The translations under genes and the position numbers were made by a program. Below are positions 1 to 13,340 of a stretch of 64,000 nt of DNA, in pieces (the first letter of the stretch is position 1; the number at the start of each line of letters is the position of its first letter). The notes beneath the pieces are model-generated. The model saw nothing but the letters and a program-made list of their open reading frames with translations. It did no database searches and had not been told where the DNA came from. The DNA comes from Eledone cirrhosa (Eukaryota), in the NCBI GenBank assembly GCA_964016885.1, contig OZ024740.1, positions 242,730,001 to 242,794,000 on the forward strand. Reading direction: 5' to 3'.

Positions 1-45
1 ATAATCACTCCAGCTATACAGTGATTTTATGAGCATGGGTGTCTA

Positions 46-126
46 TATGTATGCATATATGTATGTATGTGTATGTATGTACTTATGTATGTATTTATGT
101 ATGTATGTATGTATGTATGTATGTGT
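46..126. repeat. (TATG)n microsatellite
   Basis: Direct tetranucleotide repeat; explains the MYVC-type spurious ORF 67..312. Confidence 0.95.
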
Positions 127-525
127 GCAGCTTTGAAATTGGCAGAGTCATTACAGTGTCAGATTGAAATGCCTCGGTATCTGTTCCAGCTCACTGTATA
201 CTGCATTCAAATCCCACCAGAGTCAGCATTGTCTTCCATTCTTTCAAAGTTGATAGAGTACCAACTCTCTCTGGAAGAAATTAGCTGTTCTTCGGGGGGG
301 GGGGGGGGGTGATCAAGACAGGCCATGTATCAGGAAAGTGCCCCTATGACTCAATCTACAGTTAGGGCCCTTTACTAATTAATATGTATGTATGTGCGTA
401 TATCTATCTTTCTCTTAATTTCAAGTACACTTTTGACTGGCCACCTTCCTGGTGGCAAGGTTGTAAAAGAAAAGAATGTATATATGTATGTATGTATATG
501 ATGTGTGTATATATATATATATAAC

Positions 526-709
526 TGTTTCTACTTTAGGCACAAGGCCAGCAATTACCCAGTACATTACTGGTACTTTATTTTATCGACCCCGTGAGGA
601 TGAAAGGCAAAGTTAACCTCTGCGGGATTTGAACTCGGATCGTAAAGGGACGTAACTATGCTGGAAAGCATGGCGTCCGACTCTCTACCAATACTGCCAA
701 TCCACCGCC
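526..709 (-). mobile_element. Young tRNA-derived SINE with Meta-like central domain (family S1)
   Basis: Minus strand: GGCGGTGGATTGGCAG head, GTTCAAATCCC B-box, central TTTGCCTTTCATCCT..CGGGGTCGATAAAATAAAGTACCAG resembling the MetaSINE domain; about 10 near-identical copies in the window. Confidence 0.85.
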
Positions 710-1139
710 TAATATATATATATATATATAACAGTCAACTGACAGGATCCCAGGCATCATTCACTTAATGAGTTGTGTGGAACTCATCAAATCAGATTGA
801 GGAAACAATGTTTCCATTGGTCTTCCAGGCAGAAGGAGCAACATGAAATAATGTGTCTGTAAATCAAACTCACAATTTCCCAATTGAGAATCCAATTCTC
901 TAACCACTCAGCCACACACCTATACAAATGTATGTATGTATGTTCTTCTGGTTTTATAATTTCACAATGTATGTATGTTTTTCTTTCTCTGACAAAGCAC
1001 CTGAGAAAGATGGTATATTGACTGAAATAGTGCAGCAAGGTGGTCCTAAAGAAAAATGATATTTGCATAACATACACAACTAAGTGTGCATGAAGGATGC
1101 AGTCCTATAGGACTGGAAGATGCTATTCCCAACTCCATG

Positions 1140-1432
1140 TTTGTGACAACTGCCAATGGATCTCTTTACTATCAGTTGTTGGTAAGATCTTTGCTTGGAT
1201 TCTTCTTAATTTTCTCCTGGTGCATGTTTCACCTAACACTCTGCCAGAATCACAGTGTGGTTTCCATCCATATCAGTGCACTACAGATATGATCACTGTA
1301 CAGCAGATAAAGGAGAAGTGTAAGAAGCAACAGCTTGATCTGTACTATTGCTTTATTGATCTCATGAAGGTCTTTAAAACCATTATTAGGCAAGCCCTTT
1401 GGAGTATACTCTTGAAGCTGGGATTTCCTGAG
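1140..1432 (+). mobile_element. RTE-clade LINE RT fragment (BovB-like)
   Basis: Translation CDNCQWISLLSVVGKIFAWILL...LPESQCGF...TTDMI...EKC...FIDL matches RTE RT N-terminal motifs. Confidence 0.8.
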
Positions 1433-1849
1433 GCAGAGAATGAGTCACAACACATCATGTCCCAGATTAGGGATTTACCTCTCTTGAATGGGAAAAGAGT
1501 TATTTCATCGAGGTGATTACAATCAGCATGGTTGAGGTCAGCTGGCTCGAGTTGGGATGAGAAGCTGGCTATGTTGATGCTCCTTTTGATGATGTCATTC
1601 AGGACAGCATGTTGTGGGAACTGTCCTGTATGAAGTAGGCATGACAGGGGTTCAGGCCGAACTCATCAACAATAGGCCCACAGCTTATAAGCTCTAACAC
1701 TTATAGTGATAGAGCATATAAGCTCCTTGGTTACATATTTCCTTGTGGTTGTCTAGCTGATATACATACTTTCTGATAAACGCCCTACTCAGCTTCAAAA
1801 TCTGTTAGTGATATTTATCATTTCTTTCAATTTACAAGCAAATATCTAT

Positions 1850-2876
1850 ATGCCGGATTCATATCTAATCGATCCACCACCGACCACATTTCTGCCATCC
1901 ACCTCATTATCAAAAGATCTCTGAAGTTCCATAGAGATCACTGCCTCTATGTTACCTTCATCGACCTCAAGGCAGCTTTCAACATGGTCAACCACACATC
2001 CCTCTGGAAAATTCTCCAGCTTGTCAGCACACCTCCCAAGATCACCACCCTGTTCCAACGGCTCTATAGTAGTGCAGAGAGCTGTGTGCAAGTGAATGGG
2101 AAAGAGTCTGACCGGTTCCCCATCAACAGTGGGATCAGACAGCTGTATGGCTGCCCATGATCTCTTCAACTTTGTCATTGACTATCTAATGACCAAAGTT
2201 TGTGAGCGAGTTTCCGGCATTACCTTCGGGAGTTACCACCTAACCGACCTGGAGTATGCAGAAGACATCGCCCTATTCAGTAACATGATCAATCAGCTCA
2301 GAGATGCACTGGCCATATACGAGGAGGAATCAGCAAAGCCTGGCCTTCAGGTTAGCTGGGTAAAGACAAAGCTGATGGATGCCGGCAATGGCCTGGATCC
2401 ACCTTCACTTCATATTGGCCCCGATGCTGTGGAGTTTGTCAGCTCCTTCATTTACCTGGGCTCTACTGTCACCAGCAATAGAGACCTGACCCCAGAGATC
2501 AACCACAAATGTGGCCTGGCTGCCAGGATCATGCACTCTCAATGGAAGTCCCTTTGGTACCATTGCTCAATCTCCAAGAAGACAAACCGCCATATTCTCC
2601 ATTCTCCTCTATGGAGCCGAAACATGGCCTCTCACAAAGACCCTGACAAAGAAGATTGACAGCTTCAATAGCAGAGCCCTAAGGGCCATCAATAACATCA
2701 GATGTAGTATGGTTGCTTCAGAGATGGTTACTTCTGACAGGATCTGCTGGAAGGTGGGCTTGAGGACTCTGCCCCTACAACCCTCCCAGGAGGAGGAGAG
2801 GAAGAAGAAGAAGAAGAAGAAGAAGAAGAAGAAGAAGAAGAAGAAGAAGAAGAAGAAGAAGAAGAAGAAGAAGAAG
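1850..2876 (+). mobile_element. 5'-truncated, frameshifted RTE LINE with (GAA)n tail
   Basis: FIDLKAAF, LFNFVID, DLEYAEDI (YADD), KTK, FIYLGS, ILLYGAETWPL motifs; terminal (GAA)n 2801-2876; 3' end resembles the element at 33069. Confidence 0.85.
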
Positions 2877-4415
2877 CAACAGCATGTGACTGCCAACATG
2901 CTTATAAGAGGTGATTGATTAAGAATAGCGACACAATTGTGTCACCAAAGAATATCTATAATAAATAATTTTCTTCTGAAGAGGAACAAATTTTCAGTAA
3001 CAATGACAGCTGTGGTGATAAATTCATTTAGAAAAGATAAATTCACGAGCAGAATCATGTTTTGTTTCTGTATTTTTTCTTTTTTTTTTTTCAGAACATA
3101 TCCTTGATAACATATTAAATTACAGTTAATTATTTTGTCCCAAGTTATTAGTTCCCAAAACCAGAGGAACTCTTTAAATTGGTACAAAGCTGCACAGTAA
3201 TGCTGCAAACATGTTGGGTTGCTTAAAAAATTTAGATGACCCCCCATATGGAGTGTGGCCAACTGACGCACTGAGTGTTGAATTGATGGGGTTTATTTCT
3301 CACTTTGATTATATATTCTTGTGTATTGTATTTATAAGGTTCTTAACAATAATTAATTGATTACATGTATGCACTTCTATTTAATCGTTCATATTTGTTA
3401 TTTCTCTTTCTATTGTCATGTAGAGGCTTCACATCTAATATGTCTTGACAAATAAAAGAATGCAACTGGTAAAAAGAAAAAAAATGGTATAATTCTCTAA
3501 AGGTATAGTATAGAGTTTCAGCATTTAACTGAATATAGAATTTAATGTTTTAATCAGAGACACAACAAAATACCTGAAGTAGGTGTATCCTGGCTTTTAG
3601 AATAAGTACATAGTATTCCTATATGTCATAAGAGATGACTAAAAAGGTTAGCATCTGGCTGTAAAACTCTGCATAAAAAGTTTCAACATGGAAGTGTGAA
3701 TGTAGAAACAAAGACTTTGAAGTGATCAACCAATAACATTTCCCGTTGACCTTTTACTTCAGTTAAAAAATAAATTCTGACAAATAACAAGTTTGAATTT
3801 GGTCATAGTTTTACCCTTTCAAGATAACAAGAAAAACACTGATTACATAATGGAGTTGAGATAATTAACTATGACTCTGTTTACAAAATAGGCCCTATTA
3901 TACCTCCACCCCCACCCTATGGCTTAATCTTGAAGAAGGGCAATGCCAATATATTATAACAAGTGATGAAAACAATATAGTTCATGTTCAGCTTGCACAT
4001 TTGTAAATTGACATCTTCAGAAAACATATAGGCAGGGTTGGAAATCCAGGGAGTTGACACTTTGGGGGAAAGAGTGACTGAGCCTGTGCCTCAGAAAGAA
4101 AAAAATATCACATATAAATAAATTTAATAACAAAGTCTGTATTATTATATTTCTACAGCCATTCCACTAGCATTTAAATGTTACTAGTAAAAATTAATAT
4201 CCCAAAGTGTTATTTTTAAAATACCTTTCTGATTATGTTCTACTTTCATACAAGTAAAGTAAAGTTGATCTGTTTAATATAATGTAAACTTCTTAGTCAG
4301 TGAAGTTGATCACTACTTTACTTTCAGAATTGACTAAATTTATGTAACAGTATACAAATACACTGTCCCAACATATTATATTGCCATAGAAACCTCTTTT
4401 AATGCAGTAACTTAC

Positions 4416-4644
4416 CACCAATAGATGTATTTCTAGTCTTAGCCACTAGCTACACTTAAGAAGAGTAAAAAATCTTGGCAAGATTATTTCCAGAAAATTG
4501 GTTCTCATAGCATAATTAATTCTACGTTTTATAGAAATGTCTGAATGGTTCCATTATGAGGAGCAATTCAGTTTGGCTTTATACTCTATTTATTCATTTC
4601 CAATCTCTCCACTGTTGATTGTCTCTTATCTATCCTTCCCTCAC
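4416..4644 (-). other. Candidate host exon (stop-containing or non-coding)
   Basis: Acceptor aataatttgttttctcAG at 4645-4646 and donor GTAAGT at 4410-4415 in unique sequence; phase-1 frame reads GEGRIDKRQSTVERLEMNK*. No homology recognised. Confidence 0.3.
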
Positions 4645-5280
4645 CTGAGAAAACAAATTATTTTGTATCCAAATTGATTTCCTACTAATTAAGACATGTC
4701 TACCAAAAGAAAAAAAAATATATTTTCAAAATTTTGACCTTTCTACCCTTTGTTTTTCCTTTCACTTTACTATTGCGTTATTGTTATAGTTGTTGTCATT
4801 GTTGTTGTTATTGATATTTTTGTAATTGTTTCATATTATTAGTTTGCCAGAAACACCAGTAACTGTAGATGTTTGTTTTTTTTATGTATTTTCTTCTTTG
4901 AAATCAATTATATTTCAATAAAAGAGATTTACAAAATATAATCTATAACTATTTTCCTCTACTCACACACATGCTCACACTGGAGATTCACAACTACAAC
5001 TTTTTACTACGTGCTCAGTTTGCTACTAACTTTTCAGCAGAACCTCCTTACCTCCCTTATATACCTTCAAAGAATTATTATTATTTTCCTAAGAGACAAT
5101 GTTTCGAACAAGATTTATCTCAAACGTGACTTGTTCTCTAAAAGTATCTACTTGAATATCTGAACATTGCTTATACTTCATGGTTTTTAGTCAAATTGTT
5201 TGAATGTAATTCTTATGCTAAGAACGCTTTCTGTTTATAGCTGAGAGTTGAAAATATTAGGCTGTTGATCAAGAGATTAA

Positions 5281-5512
5281 CCCTTTTGTTACTGTATTTC
5301 TATTGAAATACTTCGCATTTTAAGTAATTAATGAAGAATTTGGGAAGTATTTATTAAAACTATGATTTCATTAAGATAATATTTGTAAAATAACAAAATA
5401 TCCCTATATAAGGTTACGTGGAAAGATTTTAATTTAAATAGGACCCCTTAAAATTGGATAATTCTATTTCATAGAAACAGAGGTGGTTTTGGGCAGGTTT
5501 GTATAAAAAGGG
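5281..5512 (+). mobile_element. Old piggyBac-like MITE (family M2)
   Basis: TTAA|CCCTTTTG...AAAAGGG ends; related copies at 26614-26872 and about 52287-52524. Confidence 0.55.
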
Positions 5513-5584
5513 CCAATAAAGCAAACATTACAATAAACATATGATAGAGTTAAATAGCTGGCAATGGAAAGAGTTTCCAGGACA

Positions 5585-7038
5585 ATCATCATTATCATGT
5601 TTACATCCATTTTCCCACGCTGGCTTGGGTTGGATGAAACATTTTTGGAAGCAGTATTCTGCAACTAAATACCCTAGTTGATGCCAACTCTTACTCATTT
5701 TAAAGTATAGTGCTTAGAACATTGATCTTTATCCATCAAATCACTAAGCTGTGTGACAATGGTGGTTGTTTAAGAAGACATACACACTTACACATACACA
5801 GAGGTTGCCATGTCTTTGACACAATTGAAGGGTTCTCTCAACACTTTGTTTGGCATGTTTTCTTTGACTGGATGCTCTTTCTATCACCAATGACTTTATT
5901 ACAGCATGTACTGGGTGTGTTTATACTGTAGATAACCAACACTAGGATGGTTGTCATGCCACTGACTCAACTGAAGAGTACTCTGGAAACTATTTGCATG
6001 GTTTCTACAGTGAGGTGCCTTTCCTATCACAAACAACCTTACAGGGTGTATTAAGTGCATTTTTATGGTACCAATAATAAAGAGGTTGTAGGTTATTGTC
6101 CCAAGTGAAAACTCCTCCCTGTTTGGTGAGGATATGGCAGAGGAAAGAAGGAAGATAAGTCTGAACTATGGATGTGTGACAAGTGTGGTGTGATTTGACA
6201 GGGTGATAAGAGGGGGGAAGGGGTCTCTGCTGTTAGCAGGCATGGGGGGATGTAGTGATGGTGCTAATATCTAAGCGGTAATAGTGATGGAAGCGTCGAT
6301 GGTGTGGTCAATATGAGGGAACTTACCAGTATGTCAGGATTTGGAGGGGGAACAGTGTAGTGATGGAGTGAATAGCTTAGGAGTGGTAGTGGAGGTAACA
6401 TTTGTGGGTGAGGTGTACAGGGGTGGAGAATGTAGCTATTAGGGTGCGATAGTGAGGGTATCTAAGGGCTTTGGTATGAAAGAATAGCTAAGGATTGATA
6501 CTGGGTGGAGCATGGATGGGGTGGAGTGGGGGTGTGCAGTAATGGTAAGGTTAGCTACTAGGGAGTACTAGTAGAAGCGGGATGGGGATGGGTCAGGTCA
6601 CATTTTAGGCTGGTGGCCAGATCTTTAATAGTGCAGCCCTGATGGTCCTTTGTCATCTCTTTTGTAATGTTTAGCTTCTTAAAGTCAGTCTACATTACCT
6701 CACCCTAAGTCCTCCTTAGTCTACCTCTTCTATGGGTTACAACCACAGGGATTTCTCTGCATTTCTTTATGCAGTTGCCATCTTCCATATGCATCACATG
6801 TTCCTACCAATGCAGTCTTCTTTCTTGCACCCTATATCCAATTCCACTTGTGCTGCATTTTTCTTTCAGTTCGCTTATGTTAAGTCGTTCATGTACACTA
6901 ACATCACATATCAACTGGAGAATACTCGCTCCATTTCTTTCTATCCTTTGCTGGTCTTTTGCAGTCAAAACCCATGTTCCACTGCCATGTAGCATTGTAA
7001 TTTACACACAAGCATCATACAGTTTACTCTTCACACTA
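5585..7038 (-). mobile_element. Degenerate RTE LINE 3' portion (family R1)
   Basis: ORF MLHGSGTWVL...ERNGASIL...VQERRLHW is homologous to 40526-41155; decayed 3' UTR motifs (ggatgc.ct, acagtgtgtactgg) and a (CAT)n-type tail toward 5585. Confidence 0.65.
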
Positions 7039-7462
7039 GATGTATCAACACCATAACAACCTTCCTAGTGCTGGTGCCATGATAAAATGTATATAGAATG
7101 TATGACCAAGATGCAAACCACCAGCTTGTCTGGGAGGTCAGTGGGTCTGCTTCCGTACCGAGTCAATCTATGAAGACCTGGCCATCCCTTCCAACCCTTC
7201 TCCAGCCCTTGTCCAACCCTTGCTAGCAGGAAAAGCTGGCGCTAAATGGTGATGATGATAATGATGACAATGATATATATATATGATTTTTTGCTCTCCT
7301 TATAATACGATTGTTAAATATCTCTTTTTCCATCTTCTCGCATGGCTTGCTAGTCTCATAATCTATATGCATAGAGAACACTAACCTTCTCTCTATCGGC
7401 TTGTAATCTGCATAACTAATCACTGTTCTCTCCTCCTGATTAGCTTACTTGCTTTTTATTCT

Positions 7463-7812
<350 letters not shown>

Positions 7813-7861
7813 GATTCCTGATGATTTCTAATGAATGAAACAGTTCTAGTCCTGTAGAATC
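7813..7861 (+). ncRNA. Type I hammerhead ribozyme candidate
   Basis: Stem I gattc/gaatc, CTGATGA 7818-7824, stem II ttc/gaa closed by T.T, GAAA 7837-7840, stem III cag/ctg, GUA cleavage triplet 7854-7856. Confidence 0.6.
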
Positions 7862-7897
7862 TCATCTATATTAAAACTATATATATGTATATATATA

Positions 7898-8245
7898 TCA
7901 TCATCATCATCATCATCATCATTTTACGTCCGCTTTTCCCTGCTTGCAAGGGTGGGATGGGAACTGATTCTGGCTTGATTTCTACAGCTGGATGCCCTTC
8001 CTAACACCAACCTCATTTACAGTGAGTGCTGGGTGCTTTTTTGCCATGGCACCTCCACATCCACTTTGCAGTGGAATGATAGGGACCCCAGTCCCTGTCA
8101 TCTCATTTCTACAGCTGAGTAAACTGGAGCAATGTGAAATAAAGTGTCTTGCTCAAGGAAACAACACATCACCCGGTCTGAGAATTGAACTCACAACCTT
8201 TCGATTGCAAGGCCAATGCTCTAACCACTAAGCCATGTGCCTCCA
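7898..8245 (-). mobile_element. tRNA-CORE-like SINE with RTE-derived 3' tail (family S2)
   Basis: Head GGAGGCACATGGCTTAGTGGTTAGAGC...GTTCAATTCT, central TCCTTGAGCAAGACACTTT, tail ggttggtgttaggaagggcatccagctgtagaaa plus (GAT)n shared with RTE R1. Confidence 0.85.
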
Positions 8246-9833
8246 TATATACATATCAGATGGACTTCTGCACAATTTCTTTCAACGAAATTTCACTTAC
8301 TATGATATAGTGGATATCACTAGCCCAAGCTGCCATGCAGTGGAATTAAATCCCAAATCACATGGTTGCAAACTAAACGTCTTAACAATATAGCCATGCT
8401 TGCACATGTGATTAAATAATAAATTATCCTGTTAACAAATATTTATTCAATAATAATTTTAAAATGTTGTCTATAAATCAAGGCTATTTCTTATATTGAG
8501 CACATGATTAAATTTTTTGAAAATTATCACCCAATGTTCAAATTGTATAATCCGCATTTAGTTTTCAAAGAAGGTTTTAAAATTTAGAGGATAGTCTTCT
8601 AAGCCAAAATATAAACATTTTCCTGCCGTGGAAATCCCCAAAGCAATTAAAATGACTGAAAATCATTTTCTGCAATAAGTTATAAACCAATCATTTATGA
8701 GCCATGTGTTTACTTCCTACCTTAAAAGTTGCAGGAATTCAGACAAGAAAAAAAAATACAGAAAAAAAATGTACCAAATATTTCATAATAACGAAATAGA
8801 AATGTATTTAGTATTCAATGTTTCTCCAATATGTTAAAATACTTCAAATTCAATATAAGACTTTTTAAAACTTTTGCCAACTTGCCCAACTATTATAAAT
8901 AAAACACATGCTATTCAAATTCTGTTTATAAAGAAAACCAGATTAAATCAAAATAATAAATAATCAAAACCAAAATCAAAATAATAAAAAGATTGATTAG
9001 AAACCAAGTAAATATTGAAGTTCTTTTTCAAAAAATTAGGAAAGCAATAAGTCTGAGGCTTCTTGCTTCACTTCTTTAACCATTCCAAATCAATATAATC
9101 AGAAAGTTTATGGTTTCTAGAGTCTCTTCAGTTATTTCCCTCATATAGAACAGACACAGTATATACACTTGAAATATATGCTCTTCACCTCCATCCAATT
9201 TTTATTAAATTAAATAATAAGTATATACATTTGACAAAAAAAAAATAACAATTGATTGATATTGTAAACAGACTTAGAGCAATCTGGAAATTAACAAGAG
9301 AACTGTAGTGATAAATTTAAATCCAAATTGTGTACAAATCACAATTGGCAAATAATATAATTCAATTAATGTCAGTCATTTGACAGCTATGTCAAGTCAA
9401 GTCATTTTTGGTGTATGTTGAAAAATAAGATTTCTTCATAAAAGTTTATGACATTTTAGAAGGAAGTGTTACAATTGTCTGACTTATTTTTCCCCTCAGA
9501 TAGATGTGAGGCAAAGTTAAATCTACCAAATCTATTTGGATTTGAATTCAGAAAAGATACAAGAAAAAAAAAACTAAATATCGTAAGGCATTTAGTTTAG
9601 TAATTTCTCGTTTTTGCAATTCTTCCCACAATAGATTTTTTGAATTACAATGATTCTCACATCAAAGGGCTTTACACAATCATTAGTGTAATGAATAGAT
9701 GGAATTCAGTTGTAATGGATAGATGGGTTTGTTGGTATGATGGTTTCAATGCAAAGAATAATACCAGGATTGTGTTGTTACAATGTTTATTTTATTATAA
9801 CAATATTCAATTTGAACATTGAATGATAAAATC

Positions 9834-10487
9834 TATAACATGAAATATTTGTACAATGAGTTGGTGGCTCTTCGAGCCACGTAAATACAAGTATCACAGA
9901 ATACGATTATAATATAGGAGGAAGTTGTAGTTTAATTTGTATAATTTGTATTGTATCTGAAAGATACAATATCATAGACAGAAATGGTGCGTGTAAAATG
10001 CAAACAGCGGGAACTTACTATGTGTGCATGTGTGCGTATTAGTATACTTTCTTGTCTTAGCAGTAGTAGGATTCAATCAGCCAGGCGGGAATGGCATGTG
10101 AGAAATTAGTGGACAGACGTTTTTCGTGAAGGGAGTATTGACAGCGTTGGTGAAATACGTCCTGTCTTGTCTGTGGTCTCACTTTTTCTGCCGGGTGTAA
10201 ACAACCCTTGTATTTATAAGGGTTGAAGTTAGAAGGATAGATATATCATCTGACCTGTGGTTAGCATCTCCCAAGGGATTGGTCTGCCGGGCGTAAACAA
10301 CCCTTGTATTTATAACGGTTGAAGTTAGAAGGATGGATATATCATCTGACCTCTTTTCTGCCAGGCGTAAACAACCTCTGACCTGTAGTTAGCATCTCCC
10401 AAGGGATTGGTCTGCCGGGCGCAAACAACTAACCACGGCTTGTCCCAGAAAGCTCAGATTCGGTTTTGAATCTTCGCCGCCGTTATA
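9834..10487 (-). mobile_element. Solo-LTR-like element with shuffled internal modules
   Basis: CpG-richer block bounded by TATAAC...GTTATA; TATAAATA and ATTAAA on the minus strand; internal direct repeats 10187-10429; no TSD found. Confidence 0.4.
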
Positions 10488-12634
10488 TTAGGGAAGAGCA
10501 TAGTCAATAAAATCAACTATAAGAACATGACAGGGACTTAGTTTAATTTCCCTGGGGAAATAAAAGACTAAGTTAGCCCAGGTATAATTTGAAGTGAAAA
10601 CTTGTAAGTAGAAAATGAAATACTGAAAGAGATTTCATCCAACATGATAAGCATTCTACACAATTCATACAAAATTCTACTGATAATCCATCTACTAGGA
10701 GTTTGATCCCTTATTTGTTCAGCTTTTGTACATCCTAATAAATTTTCATCTGTTTCAATGATAACTATTCAGTTGATCAATCAACTGGACTGCCTGTTCA
10801 TTGAATTAGAAGTGGCTGAGTATTTAACTGACATATATGAGGCTCAGCTGAACAGTTCATTGGCTAACCAAGATACTCTCATGGAATGACCAAATGAGGT
10901 TTGTTTTTTCAACATAATCCCTGGAAAGAAACAATGCAGTTATTAATAAGAAGAGCCAGAATTAATTCATGCAAGATTTCACAGTTCTTGCATCACTCTT
11001 TCATAGCCAGCCTATGAACATTTCAGCTAACCCTCGTATACTCTTAACATAATTCTCAGGTGGAATCTGCATGACAGTGTGTAACAAGACTGGACTTTTG
11101 TTTTACTCATACAATCAATCTAATGAACTTTTCTACCTTTGCTGTTGGAATCAACCCAAGGTTCTGATAAAAAACTAAAAAAACTCATGCCCTAGCTGCT
11201 ACACAGCAGAATCAAATCCATGGCCTTGTGATTACAAAGTAAAGCAAACTTAAACATTTAGCCATGTTACATTCTGATGATACATTTAAACTAGAAAGAA
11301 GAGTTTCCATGAGAGCTAAGCTTTATTAGTATGATGACTGTTAATTCCATTTACCAATTGAGGCATTGTGACACAACTACAGACTTTTTCATGTGGTGTA
11401 TCTAGGGCATGTCAACCTGGAGAGTAGCTTACCTACTCTAAGTTCTATAAACAGGAAATATTTGAACTCAACCGCACCTTCAAACTAATGGAATAATCAG
11501 CAGTTTTATAATAATGCAACTGCTGTTTAAACAAGTGAGTTATACTCCACTGTTTTCTATTATAGCCATTTTGAAGGAATCTTTGAAAATTATGTGAATT
11601 AACTATGGATAAATCAGAGTGTTGGTAACAAAATAGGAAATGATAATTCTTTATCTTGTAGCTCAGCAATCTATAAATGTCGCCATTTACTGAATGATAT
11701 AGGAATGATCAAACGTAATCACTAGAATTTTAGAAGCATAATGGTTATCTTTATCACAAAGGAACAATTTTATATAGGAAAAGCCCCCCCCCCCCTCCTT
11801 CTTTATCTAAAATACAGTGTGTTATAGTATTCTAAAGAGGGTGAAAATATTTAATTTTTCAGACATGGCCTTCAAGCAGACAAATGATTAACCATAATAA
11901 TTTAACTCTTAATGTCCTATACTGCATGAAACCACATTCACAAGGCATTCTTGAAAAATACAAAACAGCACTAGGACAACATCACATTAAAAACTAAAGT
12001 CTTCCTATTACTGTTGCAAATTTTTACAAGGATCTGTCAACCAGTAAAGATACTGAAACATGTGGATTAAAGAATCTGTTTTTAGATATTTTCTGGTAAA
12101 TCATTGCAGGGTGATAAGATTCTTCTTATACACATTTTTCCATCAACATATAAGTCTTTTATGCACACTATTATTAATCATCTAGTGGAGCATGCCCAAT
12201 TCATTTCTGTTTAGACTTCATCCTCTGCATTTGTACAATTTCCATTTACCAAATCTATTCACAAAGCATTAGGCTATAGTAAAAGTCTCTTATATAATGT
12301 GCCACCCAATGATAAAGAAATCTTCTTAACTATACAGCCATGTGTTAAGGGGCATCTTGAGTGTCATTGAGTGCCTTGTGAGGGGAATTGAATAGACAGA
12401 TGTTGTTTGGAAGCCTGTCAAATGGATTGTAGTTTCAGTGTCATGCTGAATCATCATTTTCATATCTACTTTTCCATGCTGACATGGGTTAGATGGAATG
12501 TTTTGAGAGAATGTTTTGCAGCTGAATGCCCTTCCTAACACCAACCCTCTTAGTTTCCCCTTACAACATGTAGAGATACAGTATATCTATTCTAACAACA
12601 GGGACAGTTAACCTTCTGTCCAGCAATTTGAGTG

Positions 12635-12763
12635 TGTGAGAGAGAGAAAGAAAGAGAGGGATGTAAGATGAAAGAGCGGGAGAGAGAGACAGGAGAAGAG
12701 AAGAGAGAAAGAGAGAGAGAGAGATGAAGGGGAGAAGAGAGAGAGAGAGAGAGGAAGAGGAGA

Positions 12764-12813
<50 letters not shown>

Positions 12814-12901
12814 GAAGAGGAGAAGAGAGAGAGAGAGAGCAGAAGAAGAGAAGAGAGAGAGAGAGAGGAAGCGGAGAAGAGTGAGAGAGAGGGGGAGAGG
12901 G
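12635..12901. repeat. (GA)n-rich polypurine tract
   Basis: Direct observation; explains the ERER ORF. Confidence 0.95.
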
Positions 12902-13340
12902 TTTAACTCAATTTCTGTGTGGAAGTTATTCTCTTGAAAATTTATTGATATTTATCTACAAAAACCAGCTTAATTATAAAAGATATAAAGAACAAACAGA
13001 ATAATGCATGTGCATATGTATGCATGTATGAGTGTGTGTGTGTGTATGTATGTATGTATGTATGCATGTCAGGTCACTCTCAAGTGCTACTGGTAACATG
13101 TAACCCAGTACAACCTGTCGCATGGTCGGGTCGTCGGCGACTAAACCGGCAACACCACTAAGTTGGTGTGGAGGGTGATTTTGGACACTCTGCAGAACAA
13201 AAAACAAAACCTGACAAAGGGCGGAGGAACTCAAAAGAGTCAACGGCCATCCAAAAGTGTGTAAATATGTATATACACATGTACATATGTATGTGTGTGT
13301 ATATGTGTATATACATGGGTGCATGTGTATGTATATGCGT

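Noticed and set aside
526-709. tRNA genes at SINE heads
   Set aside because: A/B boxes are present but no complete cloverleaf; heads are fused to SINE bodies in many copies.
11274-11310. CTGATGA...GAAA motif
   Set aside because: No credible stems I or II; expected by chance in AT-rich DNA.
11433-11689. Minus-strand exon with GTAAGC donor (ORF 11445..11669)
   Set aside because: Weak acceptor, stop before the donor, no recognisable homology.
13071-13152. HDV-like ribozyme in an RTE 5'-UTR-like segment (gtcgc...gcgac-taa-accggc)
   Set aside because: P4 and a possible P2 are visible, but I could not assign P1, P3 or P1.1; needs a descriptor search.
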